Made by a program: the position numbers and the translations under genes | The notes under the pieces: model-generated | The model's input: only the letters and a program-made list of their open reading frames with translations | Told to the model about the DNA's origin: nothing | Databases searched by the model: none | In this document: positions 1 to 9,176 of the stretch, one piece after another | Layout of the letters: every line of letters starts with the position of its first letter | How positions within the stretch are numbered: the stretch's first letter is position 1 | Origin: an uncultured bacterium | GTDB lineage: Bacteria; Patescibacteriota; Minisyncoccia; Moranbacterales; UBA2206 | Direction of reading: 5' to 3' | Length of the DNA: 64,000 nucleotides | Assembly (NCBI GenBank): GCA_903937035.1 | Contig: CAIZXS010000005.1 | Span: forward strand, 62,746-126,745

Positions 1-2277
1 TGAGAAATCTTTTTCCTTGCACTCATCCTTTGGAGCGCTGTCAGTGGAGTAGCCCTGGTCTTTGAGCCAATTTTTTATACCATCCTCCCAATTTTCAAAC
101 TGAGGATCATCTTTGGGGTTTTTAAGGGGATCTCCTCGAACATCATTCTTATTAATGTAATAAAGAATGCTATGTGCATCGGAAAATTTCTTCTTTTTTG
201 TTTTACTCTCTGGGCAAGCGTCATTAGCTAGGCAATATTTGTCATTTTCGCCAGGAATTTCACAAACCTTTAATTCCTTTTTCATTTCCAATTTACCATC
301 AAGGATGTCTTTGTTGGTTTCCTCTGGTTCATATTTTGGAAAATCCTCTGAGTTGTAGTTTTTTAGGGTTTGATCCATAAAACTACGCCAAATTGGAGCG
401 GCAACGAGAATTCCATCAGCACCTTGTTTCATCGTAGAATGATCATTGTTTCCCGCCCAAACTCCCACAGCTAATGATGGCGTGTATCCCATTGTCCAAC
501 CATCACGCCACTCATTGGTGGTTCCGGTTTTTGCAGCCACAGGACGATCGCTGAAGCTGAGGGGATTTTTGTCACCAAAAACCGGAGCGCGAAGACTGTT
601 TGTGGATAATATATAATCAATCATGGCAATATATTTTTCTTCTATTACTTTCTCTCCCTGACCTGTTGTGTATTTTTCTAGTGTGTTTCCTTTGCTGTCT
701 TCAATGCGTAGTATGGCTGTTTTATTATGGCGAATGCCACCTGTTGCAAAGGTGGAAAAGGCATTAACATGGTCCAATAGTTTAACTTCTCCACCGCCAA
801 GCACGAGGGATAATCCGTAGCGGTCAGGCTCATTTAGTGTTGTGATGCCCATATTTTTAGCTGTGGATACGGAGTCTTTTGCACCAGCTAAGTAGAGCGT
901 TTTTACTGCTGGAACATTTAATGACCTCGCTAAGGCATCTTTCATTTGCATGAGACCACTATTTTTCCCGTCATAATTTTTTGGATTGTAAACTTTTCCA
1001 TCTTCTGTGCTAAAGTTAGTGTCCGTGTCCCATATATTGGTTTCCGGGGTAAAGCCTTTTATAAAAGCAGTTAAATAGACGTAGGGCTTAAAGGATGAGC
1101 CTGGCTGCAAAAGGGAGTTGGCTACATTAACGTTTGGCTCAAAAAGGCAACTTTTTCCTGGTGTGCAGCCCTTTGGTTCACTTGGAGCAAAATAATCCTT
1201 ACTGCCAACCATTGCAAGTATTTGCCCGGTTTTGGGATCCATTGCAACTAAACCTGCATTGGATGCGCCATACGTTTTTGTGTTTTTATCCGCGCCTTCC
1301 TTAACAGCTTTTTCTGCTATTTGTTGTTTTTCCCAGTCAAGTGTTGTGTAAACCTTGAAACCGCCTTGTTCAACAGCTGTATCACCATATTTTTGTTGTA
1401 AATAATCTTTGATATACATCACAAAATGAGGAGCGGCAATGATATTTTTTTGTATTTGTATTTTACTCAAAGTTGACTCTTCTATTGCTGCATTAGCCTG
1501 GTCTTCTGTTATATAACCTAATCTCGCCATGGTTTTTAGGGCAAAGTTTTTTCTCCCAATGAGGGCGTCTGTGTGTGAACCATATGGAGAATAGTAGGCA
1601 GTAGCCTGTGGTAGGGCGGAAATGAGCGCTGCTTCATCGAGAGTCAGGTCTTTAGCTGGTTTTCCAAAGAATGTTTGAGCGGCGGCTTCAATGCCGTAGG
1701 CGTTTGAGCCATAGGGGATTTCATTGAGGTACATCGCCAAGATTTCATCTTTTGAGAATTTTGTCTCTACTTCAAGTGAAAGAATAACTTCCTTGATTTT
1801 TCTCACAAGTGTTTTTTCGTTTGAAAGAAGGGAGTTTTTGACAAATTGTTGGGTTATAGTTGACCCTCCTTGGGCCTTACCAAAATTAATAATGTCCTTA
1901 AAAATCGAGCGAAGAATGGAGGTTAGTTTTATTCCATGATGATTGTAAAAATCTTGGTCCTCAAGGCTGATGGTGGCATATTTTAGGACATCAGGCATTT
2001 CATTGAAAGCAATTTGAGTTCTTTTTTCTTCACCATGAACCTCATATAGTAAGTGTTCTCCGGTGCGGTCATAAATCTTTGTTGATTCGGCAATGAAGCG
2101 ATTGTTAATTTTTCCCGGATCGGGGAGATCTTTTGAAAAATAGGCAAATATACCGATAGTTGCCAAGAGGCCAACACCAGCGAGGATGCCAAAAAGTTTA
2201 AGGAGGAGTTTCCATGGAATATGGAATTTTCTCTCTTTCAAATAGGTAGAGTTTTTGGGTGAAAAAATATTTTGCAT
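1..2277 (-). CDS. Class A penicillin-binding protein (PBP1A-like transglycosylase/transpeptidase), C-terminus off window
   Basis: Manual translation of the minus strand from ATG at 2277..2275 gives MQNIFSPKNSTYLKERKFHIPWKLLLKLFGILAGVGLLA (N-terminal TM anchor). Around 1740 the same frame reads LAMYLNEIPYGSNAYGIEAA, the glycosyltransferase family 51 signature. The frame stays open to position 1, so it is absent from the ORF track (no stop in window). Confidence 0.8.
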   Translation of the reverse strand, partial: MQNIFSPKNSTYLKERKFHIPWKLLLKLFGILAGVGLLATIGIFAYFSKDLPDPGKINNRFIAESTKIYDRTGEHLLYEVHGEEKRTQIAFNEMPDVLKYATISLEDQDFYNHHGIKLTSILRSIFKDIINFGKAQGGSTITQQFVKNSLLSNEKTLVRKIKEVILSLEVETKFSKDEILAMYLNEIPYGSNAYGIEAAAQTFFGKPAKDLTLDEAALISALPQATAYYSPYGSHTDALIGRKNFALKTMARLGYITEDQANAAIEESTLSKIQIQKNIIAAPHFVMYIKDYLQQKYGDTAVEQGGFKVYTTLDWEKQQIAEKAVKEGADKNTKTYGASNAGLVAMDPKTGQILAMVGSKDYFAPSEPKGCTPGKSCLFEPNVNVANSLLQPGSSFKPYVYLTAFIKGFTPETNIWDTDTNFSTEDGKVYNPKNYDGKNSGLMQMKDALARSLNVPAVKTLYLAGAKDSVSTAKNMGITTLNEPDRYGLSLVLGGGEVKLLDHVNAFSTFATGGIRHNKTAILRIEDSKGNTLEKYTTGQGEKVIEEKYIAMIDYILSTNSLRAPVFGDKNPLSFSDRPVAAKTGTTNEWRDGWTMGYTPSLAVGVWAGNNDHSTMKQGADGILVAAPIWRSFMDQTLKNYNSEDFPKYEPEETNKDILDGKLEMKKELKVCEIPGENDKYCLANDACPESKTKKKKFSDAHSILYYINKNDVRGDPLKNPKDDPQFENWEDGIKNWLKDQGYSTDSAPKDECKEKDFS

Positions 2278-2359
2278 ATAATAAAATTAAACCTTTTAGG
2301 TCGCTTATAGTTTAATCTAGATTTAGGGAAATATCAAGAAGAGGGGAGGTTGGTTTGAT

Positions 2360-3319
2360 TTAGGTTTCTGATAGTTTTTTCTTGAAAATATCAAGAAGTT
2401 CTTGGTACATTTCTAGCATATAGGGTTTTTCTTCTGGGGTAAAAAATAGTCCAGGCATAGAGTTTAATTCAACTATCCAGGGTTTTTTGTTTTCATCAAA
2501 CATAAAATCAATAGAATATATGCGAGGGCTGAATGTGGCGAAAACGGTATGGGCATAAGTAATAATTGGCTGTAATGATTTGGGCAATTTTTCTTTGGGC
2601 ACAATAATAAGTGAGCCGCCTTGTGCAAGATTAGCTAGGAAGCTTCCATCTTTTGGTTCTCTGATATAGGCATAGATTAATTTATTATTAACAAAAACCA
2701 ATCTAAGGTCATGCATTTTTTTTGATACGCCCGGCACGCCACAAGAAGAGTCAATAAACTCTTGCACAATATTTTCTTTTTCTATTTTCTTAATTTTGCT
2801 AGTATTTTTTTTGCCCATGATTTGAACATCTTTCCCACCACTCTCACTAATCGGCTTTAGGACAATCTTTGTGGAATGAATTTGTGGGAGAATGTTTTTT
2901 AGTTCGCCTAAATTTTTTATGACCCAGCTTTTTTTTGACCATTTATCAAAAATTAGGCTAGTGGTCAGTTTATCATCAATAAGATTGGTAAATCTCAAGT
3001 CATTAATAAAGGGATATCGCTCACCAATCAATTCTTTTTTATAGTAAACTTCTAGGCGCGATTTTGTTTTATCATAAATCAAATCTGGCTGGATGTTTTT
3101 AACCTTTTTCCAATTAGCGCCCTCACCTTCAAATACCCAGGCATATTTAAAAAGCTGTTTCTTGTAATCGTACCACTCATAAGAGGCGCGATACATCTGG
3201 ATGTTATTTTTTTTACAAAGAGAGTAAAAATATTCATAAGAATATTGATAATCTTTATTGCTAAAGGGCTTGGCTTTTTTCCAATCGCTCTTACCAAAAA
3301 GGATCATTACTTTTTTCAT
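2360..3319 (-). CDS. ATP-grasp ligase, RimK-like (fourth of four tandem ATP-grasp genes)
   Basis: 319 aa. C-terminal motif IDFMFDENKKPWIVELNSMPGL matches the ATP-grasp E-x-N...PG signature. Overlaps the upstream gene by 4 nt (3316..3319). Confidence 0.6.
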   Translation of the reverse strand: MKKVMILFGKSDWKKAKPFSNKDYQYSYEYFYSLCKKNNIQMYRASYEWYDYKKQLFKYAWVFEGEGANWKKVKNIQPDLIYDKTKSRLEVYYKKELIGERYPFINDLRFTNLIDDKLTTSLIFDKWSKKSWVIKNLGELKNILPQIHSTKIVLKPISESGGKDVQIMGKKNTSKIKKIEKENIVQEFIDSSCGVPGVSKKMHDLRLVFVNNKLIYAYIREPKDGSFLANLAQGGSLIIVPKEKLPKSLQPIITYAHTVFATFSPRIYSIDFMFDENKKPWIVELNSMPGLFFTPEEKPYMLEMYQELLDIFKKKLSET

Positions 3320-4233
3320 ATATTTAAGGAAATTAGTTGAATTATTTTTTCAGCCACATTTATTTTTGGGTACACCGATTGGAATCCATCGAGTCCGAAA
3401 AATAAATTAACCTCAATTATTAAAAATCCATTGCTTGTTGATAGGATGTCCAGCCCAGCCAGCTCGAGACCCATTTTTTTGCACACGCCAACAGCAAAGC
3501 GGCTCATTTTTGAATTGCTATATTTTTCCACATGCCCTCCGAGAGAGTAGTTGTTTTTCCATTGTCCATTTTGAGCGCTCCTTTTCATTATGCCTAAACA
3601 TTTTCCGCCAACAACTAGCGCTCTGTAATCAGCTTCGTTTTTGACGTAGGGTTGAAAAATCGTATTGGTATTTCTTCGGTTTTCAATAAAGGCAGCTAGT
3701 TCTTTTTCATTTTTTAATTTCCACACACTACTTCCGCCGCCGCCATAGCTTTCTTTAGCAACAAGGGGGAAATGAAAGCCTTGGTTTTTTAAAAAATAAA
3801 AAACGCGTTCTTTTTTATTATCGCAAAAATGGATAGTTGGAATAGCTGGGATTTTTCGCGAAGCAAATATGTGCATCTGAGAAAACTTATTATAGAACGG
3901 ATATTGTTGAAAAAACTTAGAATTCGGAGTATAGATATTTTTATCTTTCAGTATGTCGAGCAAAACACTATATTCATTTTCCAGATTAAAGGGAATTTCT
4001 ACTCCGCTAGTTTTTTTTATGATTGGGAAGCGAAAGATGTCGAAAATAACGGAATTTATTTTTCTTAGGTTTAATTTATTTTTTCCAATATATACATCTT
4101 TTTTAAAAAAAGAAAGCTCGGACCATTTTGCGTATATATGGGGAATATTTGTTTTGTTCAAGGTAGGTATTATTTGCTGTTTTGAGCTAGATTCCTCACC
4201 AATACCTATTAACAGAATTTTTTTCATAGACAA
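3316..4233 (-). CDS. ATP-grasp ligase, RimK-like
   Basis: 305 aa. Glycine-rich loop ESYGGGGSSVWKL. C-terminal AGLDILSTSNGFLIIEVNLFFGLDG resembles RimK AGVDIL...MEVNASPGLEG. Confidence 0.65.
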   Translation of the reverse strand: MSMKKILLIGIGEESSSKQQIIPTLNKTNIPHIYAKWSELSFFKKDVYIGKNKLNLRKINSVIFDIFRFPIIKKTSGVEIPFNLENEYSVLLDILKDKNIYTPNSKFFQQYPFYNKFSQMHIFASRKIPAIPTIHFCDNKKERVFYFLKNQGFHFPLVAKESYGGGGSSVWKLKNEKELAAFIENRRNTNTIFQPYVKNEADYRALVVGGKCLGIMKRSAQNGQWKNNYSLGGHVEKYSNSKMSRFAVGVCKKMGLELAGLDILSTSNGFLIIEVNLFFGLDGFQSVYPKINVAEKIIQLISLNI

Positions 4234-4278
4234 GTCATATCTAATAAGGCCTTATTATTGTGTCCCAAGCTTTGGTCT

Positions 4279-5256
4279 TTATTTTTCAGATAGGTTACTT
4301 TTTTGTGTTGTACTGAGCTTTAAAATAAAATTGATAATATCCCTGATCACGTTTCTAGATTTTCCAGAAGTTGGATTATAATGGATGTAGATGTCGGGTT
4401 TTCCATTTATTTCTAGAATCCCAAATGTTTGATTAGCTGGGTCGGCGGAAATATCCTCGCAAATTATATCAATGCCGGCGAGATAATCGCCAATGGCGTC
4501 AGCAGCCTTGGAACAGATGGAGATAATTTTTGCATTAACTATATCCGTCACATCTCGAGTTTCTCCTCCTTCAGCTAGAGAGGAGCTTTTTTTAATTGAA
4601 GCGATTTCTCCTGCAGCCAGGATGTGATTAAGGGAAAATCCCTGCTCGCTTAATATTTTTTTCAAAGTTCTGTCTATGGGCGTCTTTCTGTGAGTGCTTT
4701 TTTGTTTTTCCTCAATGAGTTTTTCAATGGTAGAAAGGCCATCACCAAAAACTCTTGGCGGAATCATCTCTAATGCTCCAATAACCTTTTCATCTAACAT
4801 AAGAACGCGATATTCTTTGCCAAAAATCATCTCCTGGGCGATAAGAGTTCTGAAATTAGAAATCTCACTCGTTAATATGGAGATTGCTTCTTCTGAGTTT
4901 TTAATGTAAGGAAAAATTCCCTGGCTATTGGAGCCAGAGGAGTCTTTGATGATGATGGGAAATTTGAGGCCAGAAAGCTTGCTGGCAATATCTTTTTTTT
5001 GAAAGTTTTTTCTGAAAAAGAAAACCGTTTCTGGTGTTGGAAGGGAGCGTCTTCGCAGTAGTGTATAGGTTAAGTCTTTGTGTGTTGTTGCTCCTGCTAT
5101 GCTAATGAAGTTTTTGGCAATTCTGAATTTTCTTGTAATTAAAAAAGCCTTCCCTCGGACATGGATATAGTAGCAGCCTCGCTCAGGAATGACCTCCTCA
5201 AATGTTCCTCCCATTTCCTCGACAACTTTTCTGATCAGTGGTGGATTTTTTATCAT
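4279..5256 (-). CDS. ATP-grasp ligase, RimK/cyanophycin-synthetase-like
   Basis: 325 aa. LAGIDIICED...FGILEINGKPDI ATP-grasp signature. Directly abuts the upstream gene (5257). Confidence 0.6.
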   Translation of the reverse strand: MIKNPPLIRKVVEEMGGTFEEVIPERGCYYIHVRGKAFLITRKFRIAKNFISIAGATTHKDLTYTLLRRRSLPTPETVFFFRKNFQKKDIASKLSGLKFPIIIKDSSGSNSQGIFPYIKNSEEAISILTSEISNFRTLIAQEMIFGKEYRVLMLDEKVIGALEMIPPRVFGDGLSTIEKLIEEKQKSTHRKTPIDRTLKKILSEQGFSLNHILAAGEIASIKKSSSLAEGGETRDVTDIVNAKIISICSKAADAIGDYLAGIDIICEDISADPANQTFGILEINGKPDIYIHYNPTSGKSRNVIRDIINFILKLSTTQKSNLSEK

Positions 5257-6663
5257 TTACTTACTTGTATCAATTAAAAACTTTTTCAAATTAACCTTGC
5301 CAATAATCATTGGATATTGCATGTGGGATCGATCAACTATAGTCATCTTTGTGGAAGTAGTGATATTGTCCATGACAAATTCAATATTTATCATTGGGCG
5401 GTATGTATAGCCATGAGAGGATTTGACGGGAATAGCGGAAATGATATCGGGAATTTTTTCATATAATTTTCGACGCTCATCTCTGTTGGTATTTTTCAAA
5501 TCATCATAGGAAATGTTTAATTTTTCAAACTCCTCTAGCGCGCTGCCATAGCCCAGTTGTTGAGCCAATGCGTTGTCTATTGATGACCAATCAGCGCCTG
5601 TGTCAATCTTGGCTTCTATTTCGATTTCTTTTCCGTCCTTGCCAATAAGCCTTACTTTTTCTATTGCGCCGATTACTTTTTTTCCCGAAATTTCTTCCAG
5701 TTCTTCTTCGATTTCTCCTCCAAAGAGATCCATGCCAACGCGAATACCTTTTTTGACAGTTTTGATTTTGATACCAGCCGCTTTTTTCAATCGTCCCTTT
5801 AGTCCATCAAGATTAGCAACTTGAATGGCAAGGCCAGGGCGTGCATTTAATTCCAAAATTACTGGTCCTCGCTCTTTGTCTATTGCTACGTCAACCCCAA
5901 GAAAACCTAGGTTGGAAATTTCTTGTGAGCGAACAGCAATATTTAAGATGTCCATCCAATAGGGGATTTTGATTCCCGAAAGTAAGAGTCTTGTGCCAGG
6001 AACGTATTCAATAATTTTTTGTTTTCCAAGGACCGCTGTCGTTGTTACGCCAGAAGCAAGGTCGATGCCGACACCAATTGCACCTTGCGCCAGGTTAGCT
6101 TTTCCATGTGATTCTTTGGTGGGGAGGCGCAACATTGCCATGATGGGCATTTTATTGAAAACAATAATGCGAATATCTGGGATGCCTTTATATGCGTAGG
6201 GCTTAAAGAGTTTTAAAAGTTTTAAGCGTTCTTCGAAAAAGGCAATATCAGGAATCCCAGAAAGTGAATACGAGCCGTCTAGAATATTCCGTGTATGGTT
6301 TTTGAGGTCATTAATCGTAATAATTGAGCCATCGGCCTTCACCCAAGCATCATCTCTGCGCTTTTTTCGTCCATAAACAACGACAATGCCTTCACCGCCA
6401 AATCCGCGATTAGGTTTTAAAACAAAGCTATCGGGTAATTTTTGCCAATCAAAACCATCCAAATCTTCTAGAGATTTGATTTGAGAGATAAGGGCGGGAA
6501 CAGCAATATCATTTTTCTTGAGTACCCTTTTGCTCAGAAGTTTGTTGTCAGCCAGTCTTTTGGCGCTAACACGGTTGAATGGACGAATGTATTCCAGATT
6601 TCTGGCATTCATTCCGAGAATTCCCCGGCTTTTTTTGATAAATTCAAACATATAGTTTATCAC
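5257..6663 (-). CDS. Fusion protein: alpha-L-glutamate-ligase-like ATP-grasp (ATPgrasp_ST type) + C-terminal retropepsin-like RimB-type putative zinc protease domain (PF05618-like)
   Basis: 468 aa. N-terminus ILGMNARNLEYIRPFN and VILELNARPGLAIQ (ATP-grasp). C-terminus EIEIEAKIDTGADWSSID (D-T-G-A aspartic-protease-like motif) and YRPMINIEFVMDNITTSTKMTIVDRSHMQYPMIIGKVNLKKFLIDTS, matching the RimK-associated protease family pattern. Confidence 0.55.
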   Translation of the reverse strand: MINYMFEFIKKSRGILGMNARNLEYIRPFNRVSAKRLADNKLLSKRVLKKNDIAVPALISQIKSLEDLDGFDWQKLPDSFVLKPNRGFGGEGIVVVYGRKKRRDDAWVKADGSIITINDLKNHTRNILDGSYSLSGIPDIAFFEERLKLLKLFKPYAYKGIPDIRIIVFNKMPIMAMLRLPTKESHGKANLAQGAIGVGIDLASGVTTTAVLGKQKIIEYVPGTRLLLSGIKIPYWMDILNIAVRSQEISNLGFLGVDVAIDKERGPVILELNARPGLAIQVANLDGLKGRLKKAAGIKIKTVKKGIRVGMDLFGGEIEEELEEISGKKVIGAIEKVRLIGKDGKEIEIEAKIDTGADWSSIDNALAQQLGYGSALEEFEKLNISYDDLKNTNRDERRKLYEKIPDIISAIPVKSSHGYTYRPMINIEFVMDNITTSTKMTIVDRSHMQYPMIIGKVNLKKFLIDTSK

Positions 6664-6789
6664 ACACTAACTTCGTGCTGGCACAAAGTGCCAAATAGCT
6701 TTTTATAATAGGTAAATAATTTTTTTCCAACATTTTATTTAACCCCCCCAGTGGTTGCTGATAAAAGCATGGAGTTAGTGTGGGACCGG

Positions 6790-7455
6790 TTAGCTTCTCT
6801 TAATAATCTCCCCAAAGCGCAAATATTCACTGAGGCGCAGCCCTGTCCACTTACCAATGATAACGTTAAGCGGAATTGTGAGAAGAATAACCCATGGGTA
6901 AAAAGCGATAAAATGAATCAAGACTTCCCAGCTAGCAATATAAAAGCCGAGGATGGAAATTAGCAGTGTTTCTGTTGCCAGGAGAATGGCGGCGCGGTCG
7001 CCTTTTTCAATTTGAACGGCAATAAACTTTTCCACCAAAGTAATCATGATAAGAATAGGAAAAATCGAGACAGAGGCGAGTCCAGTTCTTTTTAAGCTTC
7101 CGCCAATCGCGAGCATCAAAAGAATGGAAAGAGCAACAATTGTAAGCATGATGGCCACTCGGGGAAGATAGAGAAGGCGAAAAGATTTAAGGGCAATTCG
7201 CATAAGCATCCCAATGAGAATGATCATTACAAAAATTAAAATCCCATATCTGAGCCCATCCGTCGCTAGAAAGGCGAAAGTGACCAAAAGCGGAGTGTAG
7301 ATTCCAAAAGCCTTAATCCCAATCACTTGGCGCAAAAAAGCGATAAGAGTGGCAATAATCGGTAGCATGAGGATTAGCTTGATTGTTTCAAAGGGCACGC
7401 CCTCATTTAAAAAGAACGTCAAAATAGGGCTAACACTGAAATTGATTTCATTCAT
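6790..7455 (-). CDS. Polytopic membrane protein, ~7 TM helices (possibly 7TM_transglut-like, no transglutaminase domain)
   Basis: 221 aa with seven hydrophobic segments. Start overlaps the ruvC stop by 4 nt (ATGA at 7452..7455), suggesting translational coupling. Lies immediately upstream of the ATP-grasp genes. Confidence 0.4.
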   Translation of the reverse strand: MNEINFSVSPILTFFLNEGVPFETIKLILMLPIIATLIAFLRQVIGIKAFGIYTPLLVTFAFLATDGLRYGILIFVMIILIGMLMRIALKSFRLLYLPRVAIMLTIVALSILLMLAIGGSLKRTGLASVSIFPILIMITLVEKFIAVQIEKGDRAAILLATETLLISILGFYIASWEVLIHFIAFYPWVILLTIPLNVIIGKWTGLRLSEYLRFGEIIKRS

Positions 7456-7946
7456 GATGCATTTTTTAAACTAATTATAGCTCGACTATTGGCGTGACAC
7501 ACAGCAATCGCCAGTGCGTCAGCCACATCATCAGGCTTAGGAATTGCGTTTAGGTGTAATACGCTTTTGATCATTTGTTGCATTTGCTTTTTTTCCGCCC
7601 GGCCATAGCCCGTGAGGGCTTGCTTGACTTGAAGCGGTGTGTAACCAAACACTCTAACACTATTTTGGCGTAAAGTCAAGAGAATTGCCCCGCGGGATTG
7701 CGCGACTTGAATGACGGTTTTTTGGTTCTTGAAAAAAAAGAGCGTTTCAATAGCGGCTTCTGTTGGTTGGTGCTCTCTGATTATTCCCGCTAAATCATCA
7801 GAAACCTCGAGAATTCGCTCATCATCACTGTCATTCTTTGAGGTGCTGATGTGCCCATAGGCCAAAGGCAAGAGTTTATCACCCCTAATTTCAATAATTG
7901 CCCATCCAGTAGTGGCTGTGCCGGGGTCAATTCCGAGAATTTTCAT
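7452..7946 (-). CDS. ruvC: Crossover junction endodeoxyribonuclease RuvC
   Basis: 164 aa. MKILGIDPGTATTGWAIIE...AIPKPDDVADALAIAVCHA, a typical RuvC resolvase fold signature. Confidence 0.9.
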   Translation of the reverse strand: MKILGIDPGTATTGWAIIEIRGDKLLPLAYGHISTSKNDSDDERILEVSDDLAGIIREHQPTEAAIETLFFFKNQKTVIQVAQSRGAILLTLRQNSVRVFGYTPLQVKQALTGYGRAEKKQMQQMIKSVLHLNAIPKPDDVADALAIAVCHANSRAIISLKNAS

Positions 7947-7951
7947 TGTTT

Positions 7952-8668
7952 TTAGCCTAAATTGCTATAAATTTCACTCACATCATCATGGTCATCCAGA
8001 AGTTCCATGAGATTTTCGTAGGTTTCACGCATTTTTGCGTCAACCGTTATGGTAGTTTTGGGTAGATAAATTAGACCCGAGTCAATTATTTTAAGGTTTT
8101 CCTCAGCAAGGCTTTCTCGCACTTTGGCAAAATCTTTCTGATCGGTGATTATATTCAATACGCCTTCTTCCAAAATCGTGTCTTTGGCGCCAGCTTCAAT
8201 GGCGAGCATTTCCAGCTCGTCCGCTTCTTTTCCCTCAAGATCAATGCTGATGTTGCCAACTTGTTCAAAGTTCCACATCGCCGAGCCTTTTTCGCCTAAC
8301 TTGGAATTGTTTTTAGTGAGAATTGTTTTAACTTCCGATACAGTACGGTTTTTATTGTCTGTTGTACAGGAAATGAGGAGCATGAGCTCTCCTGGTCCAA
8401 CCGCTTCATAGAGAATTGCTTCAATCATCGCCCCCTTGATTTCGCCCGTTCCACGCTTAATGGCTCTTTCAATATTTTCTTTGGGCATATTCATCTCTCG
8501 TGCGCGATCAACCGCCATTCTAAGCTGAAAGTTTGATTCGAGCTTCCCTCCACCGTCTCTTGCCGCAATTGTGACTAACTTTCCGTATTTAGTGAAAATT
8601 TTGCCACGCTTAGCGTCGTTTATGCCTTTTCGTTGTTTTATTCCCGCCCAGTGTGAATGTCCTGACAT
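7952..8668 (-). CDS. yebC: YebC/PmpR family DNA-binding transcriptional regulator
   Basis: MSGHSHWAGIKQRKG...KNRTVSEVK family hallmark. The ORF track extends to 8704, but the conserved family N-terminus MSGHSHW begins at 8668. Confidence 0.85.
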   Translation of the reverse strand: MSGHSHWAGIKQRKGINDAKRGKIFTKYGKLVTIAARDGGGKLESNFQLRMAVDRAREMNMPKENIERAIKRGTGEIKGAMIEAILYEAVGPGELMLLISCTTDNKNRTVSEVKTILTKNNSKLGEKGSAMWNFEQVGNISIDLEGKEADELEMLAIEAGAKDTILEEGVLNIITDQKDFAKVRESLAEENLKIIDSGLIYLPKTTITVDAKMRETYENLMELLDDHDDVSEIYSNLG

Positions 8669-9090
8669 AAGCTCATGAAGCATAAAACATATAGCATGTA
8701 ACAAAATACAAATTGCTAGGCGTTTTGCGCTTTTTCGTTAACTATTTTATAGTTCTAGCTTAGCACTTTAATATGAAAAATTCAAGCAAAAATGATTGAC
8801 AAGAATGGTTTTATGTGCTCGAATAAATAGTCTAAGTTGGTTTTTTAAGGCTTAGAACAAGGCTAGCTCAGTTAGTTGATAAAAAGGAGCTAGAGTTTTT
8901 TGGCAAGAATGCTTTTTTAGTTCAAGGCTTATAGCACAAAAACTAAACCTATTTCCCTTTTATTATTTTTAAGGGCAAAAATATTAAAATATTTTAAAAA
9001 AGTTTTCCGCTGTGGGCGGATTTTTTTGTGGGAACTTATCTTGGTTTGATTTGTGAGAATGAGAATTGATTTCTGTGATTAAAAAATTTA

Positions 9091-9123
9091 GAAATAAAAA
9101 AAGCCAGGGTTGTCATGCCTGGC
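9091..9123 (-). terminator. Rho-independent terminator downstream of 9177..9476 gene
   Basis: Hairpin gccaggg-tgtcat-gcctggc (9103..9123), preceded on the plus strand by an A run (a T run on the minus strand). Confidence 0.5.
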
Positions 9124-9176
9124 GTAGCTTCTTTGGGCTAATCACGATTTGCAGTTAAGAATAATAAATCTAAAGA

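Noticed and set aside
8860-8900. tRNA-like fragment gctagctcagttagttg in the yebC upstream region
   Set aside because: Only a D-arm-like stretch. No acceptor stem, anticodon arm or T-arm could be built, so it more likely is a simple hairpin (ctagctc/gagctag) followed by a T run.
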